This document shows, piece after piece, positions 9,491 through 20,333 of a stretch of 64,000 nucleotides of DNA (positions are counted from its first letter, which is position 1; every line of letters starts with the position of its first letter). The stretch covers positions 320,001 through 384,000 of the forward strand of contig CBDCXV010000001.1 in NCBI GenBank assembly GCA_965223905.1, given 5' to 3'. The notes below the pieces were generated by a model that did no database searches, was not told the DNA's origin, and saw only the letters and a list, made by a program, of their open reading frames with translations. The DNA comes from Candidatus Latescibacterota bacterium. GTDB taxonomy: Bacteria; Latescibacterota; UBA2968; UBA8231. A program made the translations under genes and the position numbers.

Positions 9491-10705
9491 TAGTGGTCGA
9501 TCCATTTAGAATTGCGGAATAAAAGTGGCAGCCGTATCCTTTTTACCGATCCCCTTTATTGGAAAAGGAGTACGGCGTTGCCCAAGAAGAGATACCTCGT
9601 CACTCTCACCCCGGAGGAGCGCTCCTATGTGCACGGACTCATCTCCAAGGGGAAAGCGGCTGCTTTCAAGCAGCGGCATGCGCGCATTCTCCTGAAGACG
9701 GATCAAGGAGCGCAGGGAGACGGCTGGACCGACGAACAGATCGGGCACGCTCTCGAGGTCCATTCCAGCACGGTCGAGCGCCTGCGCAAACGATTTGCCG
9801 AAGAAGGCCTGGAGGCCGCCCTCCAACGCAAGGAGCAGACGAACCGCAGGGCCAAGACCATCTCGACGGAGAAGCCGAGGCTCGTCTCGTAGCGCTGGCC
9901 TGTAGCCCGCCGCCGGAGGGAAGGAAGGGCTGGACCCTCAAATTGTTAGCAGACCGCCTGGTTTCGTTGGAGGTGGTCGACCGGGTCAGCCCGGAAACGG
10001 TCCGCAAGACGCTAAAAAAAACGCATTGAAGCCCTGGCGGCAGGAAATGTGGTGCCTGCCGGGCGCCCCCAGTGCCGAATTCGTTTGGGCCATGGAGGAT
10101 GTGCTGGATATCTATACCCGGCCCTACGATCCCACCCGTCCCACGGTATGCCTGGACGAGACGAGCAAATAGCTGGTGGGAGAGGTGCGGGCCCCTCTTC
10201 CGGCGATTCCTGGACATGCGGCTCGGTATGATCATCACTATGTCCGCAACGGCGTGGCCACCGTATTCATGATGCTGGAACCGCTTACCGGCCGCTGCCA
10301 AGTCCAGGTCACGCAGCGCCGCACCAAGAAAGATTGGGCTCAGGTGATGAAAGATCTGGTCGATCGCTGCTACCCGGAAGCCGATGCCCTGACCTTGGTC
10401 ATGGACAATCTGAGCTCGCACCAGAAGGCGGCTTTGTACGACGTCTTTGCGCCCGAAGAAGCCAAACGCATCGCCGATAAAATCGATATTCACTTCACCC
10501 CGAAACGGGGTAGCTGGCTCAATATATGGCCGAAATCGGGTTGAAGGTGCTTTCCCGGCAGTGTCTGGACCGGCGCATCGGCACGATTCAGCAACTGAGC
10601 AAAGAAGTCCACGCCTGGCTCTCCCAACGCGAGAAGAGTCCAACGAGGGTCAAATGGCAATTCACCACCGCCTCTATCCAGCATTACTACATAGGTGAAC
10701 CACTA
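9491..10705 (+). mobile_element. IS630-family insertion sequence, decayed
   Basis: Both ends lie in CTAG (TA target). Imperfect terminal IRs CTAGTGGTCGATCCATTTAG and CTAGTGGTTCACCTATGTAG (reverse complement). HTH plus DDE transposase inside. Confidence 0.88.
9578..10698 (+). pseudogene. IS630 transposase pseudogene
   Basis: Starts MPKKRYLVTLTPEER; motifs 'CLDE', 'VMDNL', 'SWLNMAEI'. A8 slip site at 10014-10021, extra frameshifts near 9860 and 10524, in-frame TAG at 10170-10172, shortened C-terminus. Confidence 0.85.
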
Positions 10706-10761
10706 GTCGCCCGTATCGACTGCGCTCCTGAGCTCGTGTTCGCTCGCGGCAGGTTCGCTGT

Positions 10762-11124
10762 TCAGGAAATCTGCAGAAGGAGATAGGCGGCCACGGCAGT
10801 TCCAGCAAGTGCACCCCCGTAACACAGAACACTTACGGTCGGGCGATGCTTGTGCACACCCAATTCGTAAAGCGAAAAACGAATGCGGTGCGCCGCGTGG
10901 AAGAGTGGCAGCGCCATGAAAACGAAGAGGTAGAGCTTGATCAGGGGGTTTGCCAGCAGGGAATGCATTTTGTCATACCCTACTGCTTCAGGTTGGAGCA
11001 GGCCCAACGGAACCGCCAAGCCGTCGAGAAAGATGTGTATGGGAACCAGCAGCGCCGCGACCATTCCCCCCGCGGAGAACATTCCCCACCAGAATGGCTC
11101 TCTGGTGTCTTTCCGGTATTTCAC
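10762..11124 (-). CDS. frdD: Fumarate reductase membrane anchor D
   Basis: 'EPFWWGMFSAGGMVAALLVP' and 'LPLFHAAHRI' match the FrdD pattern. Confidence 0.9.
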   Translation of the reverse strand: MKYRKDTREPFWWGMFSAGGMVAALLVPIHIFLDGLAVPLGLLQPEAVGYDKMHSLLANPLIKLYLFVFMALPLFHAAHRIRFSLYELGVHKHRPTVSVLCYGGALAGTAVAAYLLLQIS

Positions 11125-11134
11125 TGCTGTACAC

Positions 11135-11542
11135 CTACCTCACAAAAACCAAGACGATAGCGGCCGACACCACCAGCCACGCCGCGATTGCACCCCCTGT
11201 GACCATTCCGGGAGGCACCGTCCTGGAGCCGAGACGGACGACCTGAATTTTGGATGCGGCCCCGAACCAGGTGATAGTGTGATAGACTGCAAATACGAAG
11301 GCGATGACGAAAAAAACGACGTATTCGGGCTGTCGCAGCGATTCCCGAAACTGTCCGTAGGCCTGCGCCCCTCGCGACAGGAGGAAAAGCTCACACATGA
11401 AAAGCAGAACGAATGCGGCAATGAAGATGCTGCTGAACTCGCGCATCATGAACAGGAAATAGCTTCCCTTTTTAAGCCACCATGTGGCCGGCATTGACGG
11501 CTGGTACGTCTTCCCGTCGCCACTGCGGAAAGCGCTGCTCAT
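11135..11542 (-). CDS. frdC: Fumarate reductase membrane anchor C
   Basis: '[24 protein letters not shown]', 'HTITWF'; ATG 11542 overlaps the frdB stop. Confidence 0.9.
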   Translation of the reverse strand: MSSAFRSGDGKTYQPSMPATWWLKKGSYFLFMMREFSSIFIAAFVLLFMCELFLLSRGAQAYGQFRESLRQPEYVVFFVIAFVFAVYHTITWFGAASKIQVVRLGSRTVPPGMVTGGAIAAWLVVSAAIVLVFVR

Positions 11543-12285
11543 TTTGACCCCCGCGGCATCAGTATCGATTTGAACCAGTTTTTTGTGGTTGCAACCTTGG
11601 TGCGTTGTATGGCAGCAGCCGGGTCGACATCCTTGGGACAGACCACGGAACACTCGCCGACAAAGGTGCACTCCCAGATCCCTTCGCTGCTGGCCACGAT
11701 ATGGGCGCGTTCGTCCTCTCCCTTGTCACGGGTATCCATGTTGTAACGGTGTGCGAGCGCCAGGGCGGCAGGTCCGATGAATCCGTCTTCCAGCCCGTAT
11801 ACCGGGCAGGCCGAATAGCACAACATGCAGTTGATGCACATGCTGAACTGTTTGAACTCGGCCAGCTCTTCCGGGGTTTGCAGGTACTCTCCTTCCTCTA
11901 CTGGCTTTTGATCGTCGCGCACAATCCAAGGCTTCACAGCCTCGAGTTTGGCCATGAAGTCGTCCATCTCAATGACGAGGTCCCGCACTACGGGAAAGTG
12001 ATTGAGCGGTTCTACACGCACAGGTTCGGGATAGTATTCGCGCAGGAATGTTGCGCAGGTCAGTTTTGGCTCCCCGTTTACCATGGTACCGCAACTGCCA
12101 CATACGCCCATGCGACAGGACCATCGGTACGAAAGAGTGCCGTCGACGTAGTCCTTGATGTAGTTCAGGGCGTCGAGCACTACCCATTCCTGCCGGTACG
12201 GAATATCGTAATCCTGGAACGTCGGTTCGTTTCCCTCTTCTCCACCGTAGCGGAAAACGGAAAGGGTGATGGTGTCTTCACTCAT
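11539..12285 (-). CDS. frdB: Fumarate reductase iron-sulfur subunit
   Basis: '[14 protein letters not shown]', '[12 protein letters not shown]', '[13 protein letters not shown]'. Confidence 0.95.
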   Translation of the reverse strand: MSEDTITLSVFRYGGEEGNEPTFQDYDIPYRQEWVVLDALNYIKDYVDGTLSYRWSCRMGVCGSCGTMVNGEPKLTCATFLREYYPEPVRVEPLNHFPVVRDLVIEMDDFMAKLEAVKPWIVRDDQKPVEEGEYLQTPEELAEFKQFSMCINCMLCYSACPVYGLEDGFIGPAALALAHRYNMDTRDKGEDERAHIVASSEGIWECTFVGECSVVCPKDVDPAAAIQRTKVATTKNWFKSILMPRGSK

Positions 12286-12286
12286 G

Positions 12287-14005
12287 CTAATACGTGCGCT
12301 CCTCGGGCTGCCAGCGGGTTATGGTAGCGGGCAAATAGTCTATGCGGGGAGCGTCCTCATCTTCGGCACTTCGGTACGCCAGGGAGTGTTGCAGAAACGC
12401 GTCGTCGTTGCGATCCTCGAAGTCTGAGCGGGCGTGCGACCCTCTGGACTCTTCGCGCCGCAACGCCGAGTGAGCGAGGGATTCGGCAACATCCAGCATG
12501 AATCCCAGTTCTATTGCGGCGGTCAGCTGCGTATTGAACACGTTGGAATGATCCTGCACGCGAACGTTTTCATAGCGTCGTCGCAGTTCGGCGATATCGT
12601 CGCAAGCCTTCTCCAATCCCTCGCGGGTTCGGTAGATTCCGGCTCCGGCCTCCGCTACTTTCTGCAAGTCGGTACGGATGTCTGCGATGCTTTCCTCTTC
12701 GGTACTCTCGCTGAAAAAACGCGACTTGATCTGCAACTCTTCGTGCCGAGTCAGCTGCTCGAGGGCACCGAGCCGAGGGTGCTGCTTCTCCATGGCATAG
12801 GCAGCGGCACATCTCCCGGCGCGCGCTCCGAAAACCAGGCACTCTGTCAGGGAGTTGGAGCCTAGCCTGTTTGCCCCGTTGAGACTGACGCAGGCGCACT
12901 CGCCTGCTGCATACAGCCCTTCGATCGGAGTCTTCCCGTCGATGTCTGTGTGAACGCCACCCATCATGTAATGAACCACCGGCCGCACGGGGATCGGGTC
13001 GTGTACCGGGTCAATACCTACGTAGTTGCGAGTAAGCTCCCGCACGAAGGGCAGTTTTTCATCGATGACTTTCTCCCCGAGGTGGCGCAGGTCGAGGTGG
13101 ACGTACTGCCCTTGCTCGTCCTCGAAGACCCGGCCTGCTCGCATCTCGTGTACAAACGAACGCGACAGGATATCTCTTGGACCGAGCTCCATTTTTCCCG
13201 GCACGTACTCGCTCAGATAGCGATCCCCCTCGCTGTTGACGAGGTAGCCTCCCTCTCCCCTCGAGGCCTCCGTCATCAGGATACCAGTACCGGGCAATCC
13301 GGTAGGGTGGTACTGTACAAATTCCATGTCCTTCAAGGGACAACCGGCGCGGTAAGCCATCGACATTCCGTCACCGGTCTTGATGGCGGCATTCGTGGTA
13401 AAGGGGAACATCCGACCGCCGCCGCCAGTACACAGAACGACCGCTTTCGCCGGAATCGCCTGCAGTCCGCCCGACTGCAAGTTCAGGGCGGTGACGCCGC
13501 ATACCTGACCCTCTTCCACCAGCAGTGAGGTAACGAAGAACTCGTCGTGACGGTGGATGCTGTTGTACTTCAGGGAAGTCTGAAACAGCGCGTGCAACAT
13601 GTGAAATCCGGTCTTGTCCGCTGCATAGAGCGTCCTCTTGACGGTCATGCCACCAAAGGCCCGGACGCTGACACGGCCGTCTTGGTCCCTGCTCCAGGGA
13701 CATCCCCAGTGGTCGAGCTGAATCGCTTCGCCAGGAGCTTCCTCCACGAAGACCTCGACAACATCTTGGTCGGCGAGAAAATCGCTACCCTTGATGGTGT
13801 CGAACGCGTGCGAATCGAGGTTGTCATCGTCGCGCACCACCGCCGCCAAGCCGCCTTCGGCAGAAACAGTATGGCTGCGCATGGGGTAGACCTTTGAAAT
13901 AACCCCAACGTTCAGCCGAGAGTCTGCCTCGACGGCAGCGATCGCCGCCCGCAAGCCGGCGCCGCCCCCGCCCACAATCAAAATGTCATAGACCAAGCTG
14001 TTCAT
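12287..14005 (-). CDS. frdA: Fumarate reductase flavoprotein subunit
   Basis: GGGGAG, covalent-FAD motif '[10 protein letters not shown]', 'QYHPTG', 'HYMMGG', '[10 protein letters not shown]'. Confidence 0.95.
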   Translation of the reverse strand: MNSLVYDILIVGGGGAGLRAAIAAVEADSRLNVGVISKVYPMRSHTVSAEGGLAAVVRDDDNLDSHAFDTIKGSDFLADQDVVEVFVEEAPGEAIQLDHWGCPWSRDQDGRVSVRAFGGMTVKRTLYAADKTGFHMLHALFQTSLKYNSIHRHDEFFVTSLLVEEGQVCGVTALNLQSGGLQAIPAKAVVLCTGGGGRMFPFTTNAAIKTGDGMSMAYRAGCPLKDMEFVQYHPTGLPGTGILMTEASRGEGGYLVNSEGDRYLSEYVPGKMELGPRDILSRSFVHEMRAGRVFEDEQGQYVHLDLRHLGEKVIDEKLPFVRELTRNYVGIDPVHDPIPVRPVVHYMMGGVHTDIDGKTPIEGLYAAGECACVSLNGANRLGSNSLTECLVFGARAGRCAAAYAMEKQHPRLGALEQLTRHEELQIKSRFFSESTEEESIADIRTDLQKVAEAGAGIYRTREGLEKACDDIAELRRRYENVRVQDHSNVFNTQLTAAIELGFMLDVAESLAHSALRREESRGSHARSDFEDRNDDAFLQHSLAYRSAEDEDAPRIDYLPATITRWQPEERTY

Positions 14006-14139
14006 GCCTAAGTCACGCTGCTGACTCAGATCGTTGATCTACGCTGATCTGTGGAAGAGAAGGAAAGTCAGAGAATTGGGGAGTGCCTAGTGCAAGAATC
14101 CCTGCCGTCTGCACGGAACAGTGATCGCGGAAATTGGCG

Positions 14140-14403
14140 TCAGGGGACTGCAACCGGCAATACACTGACGCGGTTTCGATTTCGACCGGCTCTCTCGAAT
14201 TGAACAGTACCATGGACTGTTGCATATAGCGTGTCGTCACCTCCCTTGCGCACATTGCGGCCGGGGTGAACTCGTGTCCCGCGTTGGCGAACCAAAATCG
14301 TTCCGGCGCTAACGACCTGACCTCCGTAGCGCTTGATGCCGAGCCGTTTGGAATGGCTGTCGCGGCCGTTTCTGGAGCTTCCTACGCCCTTTTTATGTGC
14401 CAT
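14140..14403 (-). CDS. rpmA: 50S ribosomal protein L27
   Basis: [16 protein letters not shown]... Confidence 0.98.
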   Translation of the reverse strand: MAHKKGVGSSRNGRDSHSKRLGIKRYGGQVVSAGTILVRQRGTRVHPGRNVRKGGDDTLYATVHGTVQFERAGRNRNRVSVLPVAVP

Positions 14404-14431
14404 GGGGAATACCTCTTCCCGCGCAGACTCG

Positions 14432-14746
14432 CTACGCTGTTGCGATATCGTCGATCTGGATTTCAGTGTACTTCTGGCGGTGCCCGTTCCTACGCCGGTA
14501 GTTCTTTCGCCGTTTGATCTTGAAAACGATCACCTTCTTTTCGAGTCCGTGGCCGCGAACGGTCGCTGTAACGGACGCCCCGTTGACGTGTGGTCCACCA
14601 ACGATGTTTTGGCCCTCTTCCGAAATCAGCAAAACCTTTGTGAACGTGTGCTTTTGGCCCTCTTCGATGGATAGCCTTGGCACTCGTACTGTTTCTCCTT
14701 TGCTGACCTGTACCTGTTTGCCGGCAATGTCTACAATTGCATACAT
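14432..14746 (-). CDS. rplU: 50S ribosomal protein L21
   Basis: [11 protein letters not shown]...[17 protein letters not shown]; adjacent to rpmA. Confidence 0.98.
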   Translation of the reverse strand: MYAIVDIAGKQVQVSKGETVRVPRLSIEEGQKHTFTKVLLISEEGQNIVGGPHVNGASVTATVRGHGLEKKVIVFKIKRRKNYRRRNGHRQKYTEIQIDDIATA

Positions 14747-14828
14747 GGCGTTGGTCCGTTTGAACCCGTGTTGCGGGTTGGCGACAGTGAAATTTGGCAG
14801 CGAAAGCTAACTGTGCTTCGAAAATCTG

Positions 14829-16370
14829 TCAATTTCGGCTCGAATCTGAGGAGTCCCTGTGCTCCGCAGTCACATCAAGGTTCCGTTTCCGCGAAATCAC
14901 CTTGAAATCCTGCGCTGTCAAGGATGGATCTTCCCGGATTTCGACGCGAGCTTTGGTGGCTCGGCGAATCGATTTCAGACGTACTTCCCTATCCGCGATC
15001 ATGTATTGGGCTACGTCAGGATGCACCCGGAGTTCGAATCGACGATCGCTGTTGGCAGCATAAGCCCTCTGCATCCAGCGCTCGATTTTTGTCAGAGTTG
15101 TATCCGGACCCAGTACCCTCCCGGTACCGTGGCAGGTTGGACAGGGCTCGCTGTGAGTGTGTAACAGGTTGGGGCGCACTCGCTGGCGGGTCATTTCAAC
15201 CAGCCCGAACTCGCTGATCTGCGGACTGATCGAGACTTTTGCCCGGTCTTTTTTGGCCTCCTCGAACATCTGTTCCACCACTTTTTTTCGATTGCGTTCC
15301 TCGTGCATGTCAATGAAGTCCACGACGATAATTCCGCCGATGTCACGGAGTCGCAGCTGCCGTGCAAGTTCCTTGGCGGCCTCGACATTGGTCCGCAGGT
15401 TGCTCTCTTCCTGATCACGCGATCCTACAAAGCCTGCAGAGTTGACGTCGACGAATGTCCCTGCCTCCGCATGGTCGATTACAAGGGCCCCACCGCCCCG
15501 CATTCCGACATTGCGATCATTGGCTTTGTCGAGTTCGCGTTCAATTTTAACGACATCGAAAATCGGCCGTTTGTCGTGAAAGTATTCGATCCGGTTTTTC
15601 AACTCCGGAGATACCGATTTCACGTAATCACATATTTCTCGATAGAGCGGCTTCGAGTCGACGACGAGCCTGTCCACGCTGTCGGTAAACAGGTCTCGGA
15701 TGACGCTGGTGGTCATACCTAGTTCTTTGTGCACTAGGGCGGGTGACGGGGTCTTCCTGCTGCGTTTATTCATGCGCTCATGAACCTTTACCAACTGCTT
15801 CAGGTCGCGCTTGAATTCCTTCTCGCTCTTGCCGGACCCCTCGGTGCGCACGATCGCCGAATAACCTTCCGGTCGCGCCTTTCGAACGATGTCGCGAAGC
15901 CGGCGACGCTCTGAATAGTTCGAAATCTTCCGAGAGACTCCGACCCAATCCCCACCCGGCATCAACACCACAAAGCGCCCAGCTAGAGCAAGTTGCGTTG
16001 TCACGCGGGCCCCTTTGGTTCCGATTGGCTCCTTGGCGATCTGCACCAGTACTTCCTGCCCTTTCTGAACCAAGCTCTGGATACTTGGCAAAGAGCGCCC
16101 CCGACGCCCGTTGCGGGGAGGGCGCTCCTCTTCGTCTGAATTCGCCTCGACCATATCGCGAACTTGGAGAAATGCAGTACGCTCCAGTCCAATCTCGACA
16201 AAGGCAGCTTGCAAACTTGGTAGAACTGCCATGACGGTGCCTTTGTAAATATCCCCCACCATGCGTTCGCTCTCCGGCCGCTCGACCCAGATTTCGGCGA
16301 GACGGCCCTCTTCAACTATGGCAATGCGGGACTCGTGAATTCCCTGATTAATGAATATTTCGGTAGACAT
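14829..16370 (-). CDS. Ribonuclease E/G family endoribonuclease
   Basis: S1 domain 'GDIYKG.V..VLPSLQAAFVEIG', 'VQIAKEPIGTKGAR', 'VDVNS', 'IVVDFIDM', Zn-link CPTC. Start at ATG 16370 with AGGAG RBS. Confidence 0.93.
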   Translation of the reverse strand: MSTEIFINQGIHESRIAIVEEGRLAEIWVERPESERMVGDIYKGTVMAVLPSLQAAFVEIGLERTAFLQVRDMVEANSDEEERPPRNGRRGRSLPSIQSLVQKGQEVLVQIAKEPIGTKGARVTTQLALAGRFVVLMPGGDWVGVSRKISNYSERRRLRDIVRKARPEGYSAIVRTEGSGKSEKEFKRDLKQLVKVHERMNKRSRKTPSPALVHKELGMTTSVIRDLFTDSVDRLVVDSKPLYREICDYVKSVSPELKNRIEYFHDKRPIFDVVKIERELDKANDRNVGMRGGGALVIDHAEAGTFVDVNSAGFVGSRDQEESNLRTNVEAAKELARQLRLRDIGGIIVVDFIDMHEERNRKKVVEQMFEEAKKDRAKVSISPQISEFGLVEMTRQRVRPNLLHTHSEPCPTCHGTGRVLGPDTTLTKIERWMQRAYAANSDRRFELRVHPDVAQYMIADREVRLKSIRRATKARVEIREDPSLTAQDFKVISRKRNLDVTAEHRDSSDSSRN

Positions 16371-16825
16371 CGGTTCTCCTGTTGTGAGCGCGACACTGCT
16401 CATCCGCTTGATGGACGAATGACCCTGTTTGTCGCTGATGGAGAGCCCGATCGATTGCGAGAGATGCGGAAAGGAAGTTAAATACAGGAATACTTCTGAG
16501 ACCGGAAACTGGCCGTTTTTTCTTCGGCGGAAAGCCACTTCCGTCGCCGATGGAGGATAGGCTTCAGTGCTACACGCCAAGGTCCTCATCCGTCCCGATT
16601 TCCGTGCTGAGTTGCGAGGCATCACATCGTGTATCGCGGCCTCCCGGCCATGTCCTGTATGCCGCTACGGGGTAGATCCCCATTTAACGACGGCTGGATT
16701 CCTCTATACACCTGCTCGCCGGGGCTATTTTACCCACACCCCAATCTGAGCCCTCTGGTTTGATTTTTCCTAACTATGACGGCTTTCTCTGGCTTGCAAC
16801 CAACCCGGTATCCGGACAAAACCAA

Positions 16826-18679
16826 CTAGCCCCCAGCCAGCAAGCGGCGAAACCTCTCTCCATCTTTTATCAGGGTCACCGCTTCTTCCAACTGGGAATC
16901 TTCCTCAAGTTCGGCGAGCAGGCTCGCTCGGCGACCATGCAATCGCAAAGCCAATTCACGACGGAGGCTGGCCCGTACGTAAGGCTCCACCTTAGGAGAA
17001 AACGCGGGAATCATGGCTCTGTTCTTCAGAATGTTTTCGAGACTGTCCAGCATCGCCTTCGCCGATTTCCCCCAGCCAGCTGCGCCGGCTCGCTGCCGTA
17101 ATTCACTCAGTTCTCTGCGACCGTCGTTTGCAGCAAGGATCGAGTCGGGAACAAATGCGCGGAATGCTTCCACCATGCCGCGATCGACCTCCAAGCGGTG
17201 AGCCTCACTGTTCACGGCCTTGGATCCGACATAGTCGACGACAAAATCGAAGAAATGGCGCCCTCTCTGCAGATGCTGGACGAGGTAGGGTAGTTGTCCA
17301 GTTTCTACGACGATATCTGGGGTGATGCCTCCACCCCCGAAAACTGTGCGTCCGTTCCGGGTTTGATATCTTTTTCCTGTTATATCGAATCTCACGTCCG
17401 CAGGCAGTTCGGACCGCAGGTGACCGACGAGGTCTCCGAGCTGAAACTGCAGAAGTTGATGAGCATCTTCGGTTTCCACATCGAAGCGAGCCCGCAGGTC
17501 GGCGTGCGCGGAGGCGTAGTCATCGGCATCGAGAATGACACTGAGCAGCAACGCCGCCGGCACTTCAATGTCTCCCACTGGGATTTGTAATGAGCGGAAG
17601 GTCGACAAGTCGTTGGCGTCCCGGTGAATGCTGCGACCGCTGGGAGTGTAATAGAGCGCGGTGGTCAACTTGAGGGCAGTGTCTTCCAGCTCGTGAAGGT
17701 CGAAGATCGTCTGCACCGATCCCTTTCCAAATGAAGCCGTTCCAACAACCAGACCGCGATCGTTATCCTGTATCGCTCCGGCTACAATTTCGGCTGCGCT
17801 GGCACTTCCACCATCTATGAGTACCACCATTGGGTGCTTTGCATACACCGGACGCCGTTGAGAATAGCGAGTCTCCTCACGCCCTCCGTCCCGTTCACGG
17901 ATAGAAACGATCGGATCCCGCTTCGAGAGAAAGAGATCGGCTACTTCCGCGGCTTGCGTCAGAAGTCCCCCGGGGTTACCGCGAAGATCGAGCACCAAGC
18001 CTTTCATCCCGCTCGAGCTCAGCTCCTTCAGAGCCTGTTCAACCTCGAACGCGGTATCCTCCGAAAACCTGGTTTGTTTCATACTGATGTAACCGATTCG
18101 AGGGTGGATCAAATCAGCAAGTGCAACACTCCTGATCTTGATAAGCTCTCGTGTGATCGCTACGCCCCACTGGGAGTTGCCCGGGCGGGCAACGGTGATA
18201 CGCACAACTGATCCGGATTCGCCGCGCAAGGTATTTACTACCTCTTCGAGGCTGAGGTCGAAGGTGTCCTCCCCCTCAATTGCTACGATCAGGTCTCCTG
18301 GGAGTAGCCCAGCCCGTATTGCCGGCGTGCCTTCCATCGGTGCGATTACTACCGGATAGTGATCCTTGATCCCGACAGTTATACCCAATCCGGCAAATCG
18401 GCCCGTCGTATCCTGCCGCAGTTGACGCAGTCCTTCCTCATCGAAATACTGGCTGTAGGAATCAAGCTCTCGCAGCAGGCCCTCGATCGCCGCGCGCATC
18501 AGGCGGGAATGATTGACGTCGTCGTAGTAGTGCATCACAACGCGACTGTAAACGGCACCAAAGCGGTCCCAGCTTTCATGAACAGGCTGATACGGATCGC
18601 TCTTGAAAGGTGTTGCTGCAATCTGCTCCGATGCGAAAAACATGATCATGGATGCGAAAAACAGAATTGCCGATCTCAT
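16826..18679 (-). CDS. ctpA: S41-family carboxyl-terminal processing protease
   Basis: Signal peptide, PDZ 'GLGI', 'LDLRGNPGG', 'SASAAEI', 'SFGKGSVQ', 'GGGITPD'. Confidence 0.9.
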   Translation of the reverse strand: MRSAILFFASMIMFFASEQIAATPFKSDPYQPVHESWDRFGAVYSRVVMHYYDDVNHSRLMRAAIEGLLRELDSYSQYFDEEGLRQLRQDTTGRFAGLGITVGIKDHYPVVIAPMEGTPAIRAGLLPGDLIVAIEGEDTFDLSLEEVVNTLRGESGSVVRITVARPGNSQWGVAITRELIKIRSVALADLIHPRIGYISMKQTRFSEDTAFEVEQALKELSSSGMKGLVLDLRGNPGGLLTQAAEVADLFLSKRDPIVSIRERDGGREETRYSQRRPVYAKHPMVVLIDGGSASAAEIVAGAIQDNDRGLVVGTASFGKGSVQTIFDLHELEDTALKLTTALYYTPSGRSIHRDANDLSTFRSLQIPVGDIEVPAALLLSVILDADDYASAHADLRARFDVETEDAHQLLQFQLGDLVGHLRSELPADVRFDITGKRYQTRNGRTVFGGGGITPDIVVETGQLPYLVQHLQRGRHFFDFVVDYVGSKAVNSEAHRLEVDRGMVEAFRAFVPDSILAANDGRRELSELRQRAGAAGWGKSAKAMLDSLENILKNRAMIPAFSPKVEPYVRASLRRELALRLHGRRASLLAELEEDSQLEEAVTLIKDGERFRRLLAGG

Positions 18680-18742
18680 TTGTTTCCTCTTGCCAACTCT
18701 GTAGGCGCCCTCAATAGCTTCTAACCGATATCACTATTAGCA

Positions 18743-19405
18743 CTATGTCCGAAATGGAAATGCGGGCCAACGCGAGCGCAGTTCCTCCGAGATTCGGCCC
18801 GCAAGGTTATTCTCCTCACCCGTTCCATCGATCAGCCATGACGTTTCCGCCTGGTCGGAAGCCATTTTTCGATACGCTGCCGCGACTCGTTCACGAAATC
18901 GCCCTTCTTCCTGCTCCAGCCTGTCTGCAATTCCGTTGTTCATCCGCTCATTGGCCACTTCCAACGGCACATCGAGAAGAATGGTGATGTCCGGAACGCA
19001 CTGTTGGACAACAAAGCCGTTCAGGAAATCAATCATTTCCAGATCCAGCGCTCTTCCCGCTCCCTGATACGCAATTGTCGATGCCGCATATCGGTCGCTT
19101 ATCACAGGCTTGCCAGCCTCCAGGGCGGGCCTGATTATTTCATCGACCAGTTGTGCTCGGCTTGCAGCATACAACAGCAGTTCAGTCCTTGCTGCCAAGT
19201 CAATCAACGACGGGTCGAGAAGAAGCCCCCGAATCCGTTCGCCGATCTCCGTTCCGCCAGGTTCTCTTGTAACCACAACCGGATGTCCCTGGACATTCAG
19301 GGACCGCGCCAGAAGCTTGGATTGGGTTGTTGTTCCAGCTCCGTCGATCCCTTCAAAGACGACGAACAAGGGGTGTACGTTTTGGTCATCCGTTTTGCTC
19401 ATCAC
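18743..19405 (-). CDS. tmk: Thymidylate kinase
   Basis: 'FEGIDGAGTTTQ', 'TREPGGT', 'SDRYAASTIAYQG'. Confidence 0.95.
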   Translation of the reverse strand: MMSKTDDQNVHPLFVVFEGIDGAGTTTQSKLLARSLNVQGHPVVVTREPGGTEIGERIRGLLLDPSLIDLAARTELLLYAASRAQLVDEIIRPALEAGKPVISDRYAASTIAYQGAGRALDLEMIDFLNGFVVQQCVPDITILLDVPLEVANERMNNGIADRLEQEEGRFRERVAAAYRKMASDQAETSWLIDGTGEENNLAGRISEELRSRWPAFPFRT

Positions 19406-19483
19406 CGGGCCGGGGGGGGCTTATTTGGGGAAGTCCTCTTGCCTAATTGATAAGAGCGGGGAATCAGCGGACAATATGCACGC

Positions 19484-20092
19484 CTAATTGGTAGTGGGGT
19501 TTGGCGCTTGGGAATTCATCTTGTTGCGGATGTAGGTAAGTCGCTCGATAACTGTGTAATTGGTAGTTACCGCGAGGACGACAAGAACAAAAACCAGACC
19601 CTCGTGTCCGTACAACCCCCCGAGAGCCAGGCCCACCAAGCGCTCCGGCCGCTGCATAATACCCACCTTGCAATCCTCGCCAAGCCCTTCGGCTCTGGCT
19701 CGAACATAGCTCACCATCAGGGAGCCCGATAAAGCGAAAAACAGGATCCCGCACACGAGCCACTCATCTTTCCCGATCAGGTAGGCGCCGATCCCGAAGA
19801 AAAGGAATATTTCCGAGTAGCGATCTGTCGTCGAATCCAGCAGGGCCCCGAACTGCGTTTCGCTTTTTCCTTCCCGCGCAACCTGGCCGTCGAGGATATC
19901 GCACAGTCCTCCCAACAACATTATCGCAGCAGCCCAGCGAAGATGTCCGGTAGCGAATGCTCCTGTTGCTACCAGACTCAGAAAAAGACCGGCTACGGTC
20001 AGCCAGTCGGGGCGAAGACCAATTCTGATGAAGACCTGCGCAAGAGGACGCAGGATCACCAAAACCCAGGATTTCAGTTGATTTCCAACCAC
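19484..20092 (-). CDS. CDP-alcohol phosphatidyltransferase (PIP-synthase-like)
   Basis: 'DILDGQVAR...FGALLDSTTDR', 'VSYVRARAEGLG', 'GIMQRPERL'. Confidence 0.85.
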   Translation of the reverse strand: MVGNQLKSWVLVILRPLAQVFIRIGLRPDWLTVAGLFLSLVATGAFATGHLRWAAAIMLLGGLCDILDGQVAREGKSETQFGALLDSTTDRYSEIFLFFGIGAYLIGKDEWLVCGILFFALSGSLMVSYVRARAEGLGEDCKVGIMQRPERLVGLALGGLYGHEGLVFVLVVLAVTTNYTVIERLTYIRNKMNSQAPNPTTN

Positions 20093-20333
20093 AATGCAGG
20101 CAACTGTGGAGACGAATCAGTTTTCAAATTTGTCGCATCCGGGGGGGAGGGGGGAATATAGGGTCCCGGCACTTCCACTGCCACACCACAATTTGCGGAT
20201 ATGCCGCTGGCTTTGTGGGGATTTTTCTTGCCGTTTCCAACTACCGCCTCATGGACCAACCCCGAATTCATTTTCCAAGCCTTTTCCAAGATTTGCGTGG
20301 GATAGATGTTTGCAACCCTCTCCTTTTCCTCAC

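Noticed and set aside
10014-10021. A8 frameshift in the IS630 transposase as a novel recoding signal
   Set aside because: Split ORFs with a poly-A slip site are already known in IS630 elements.
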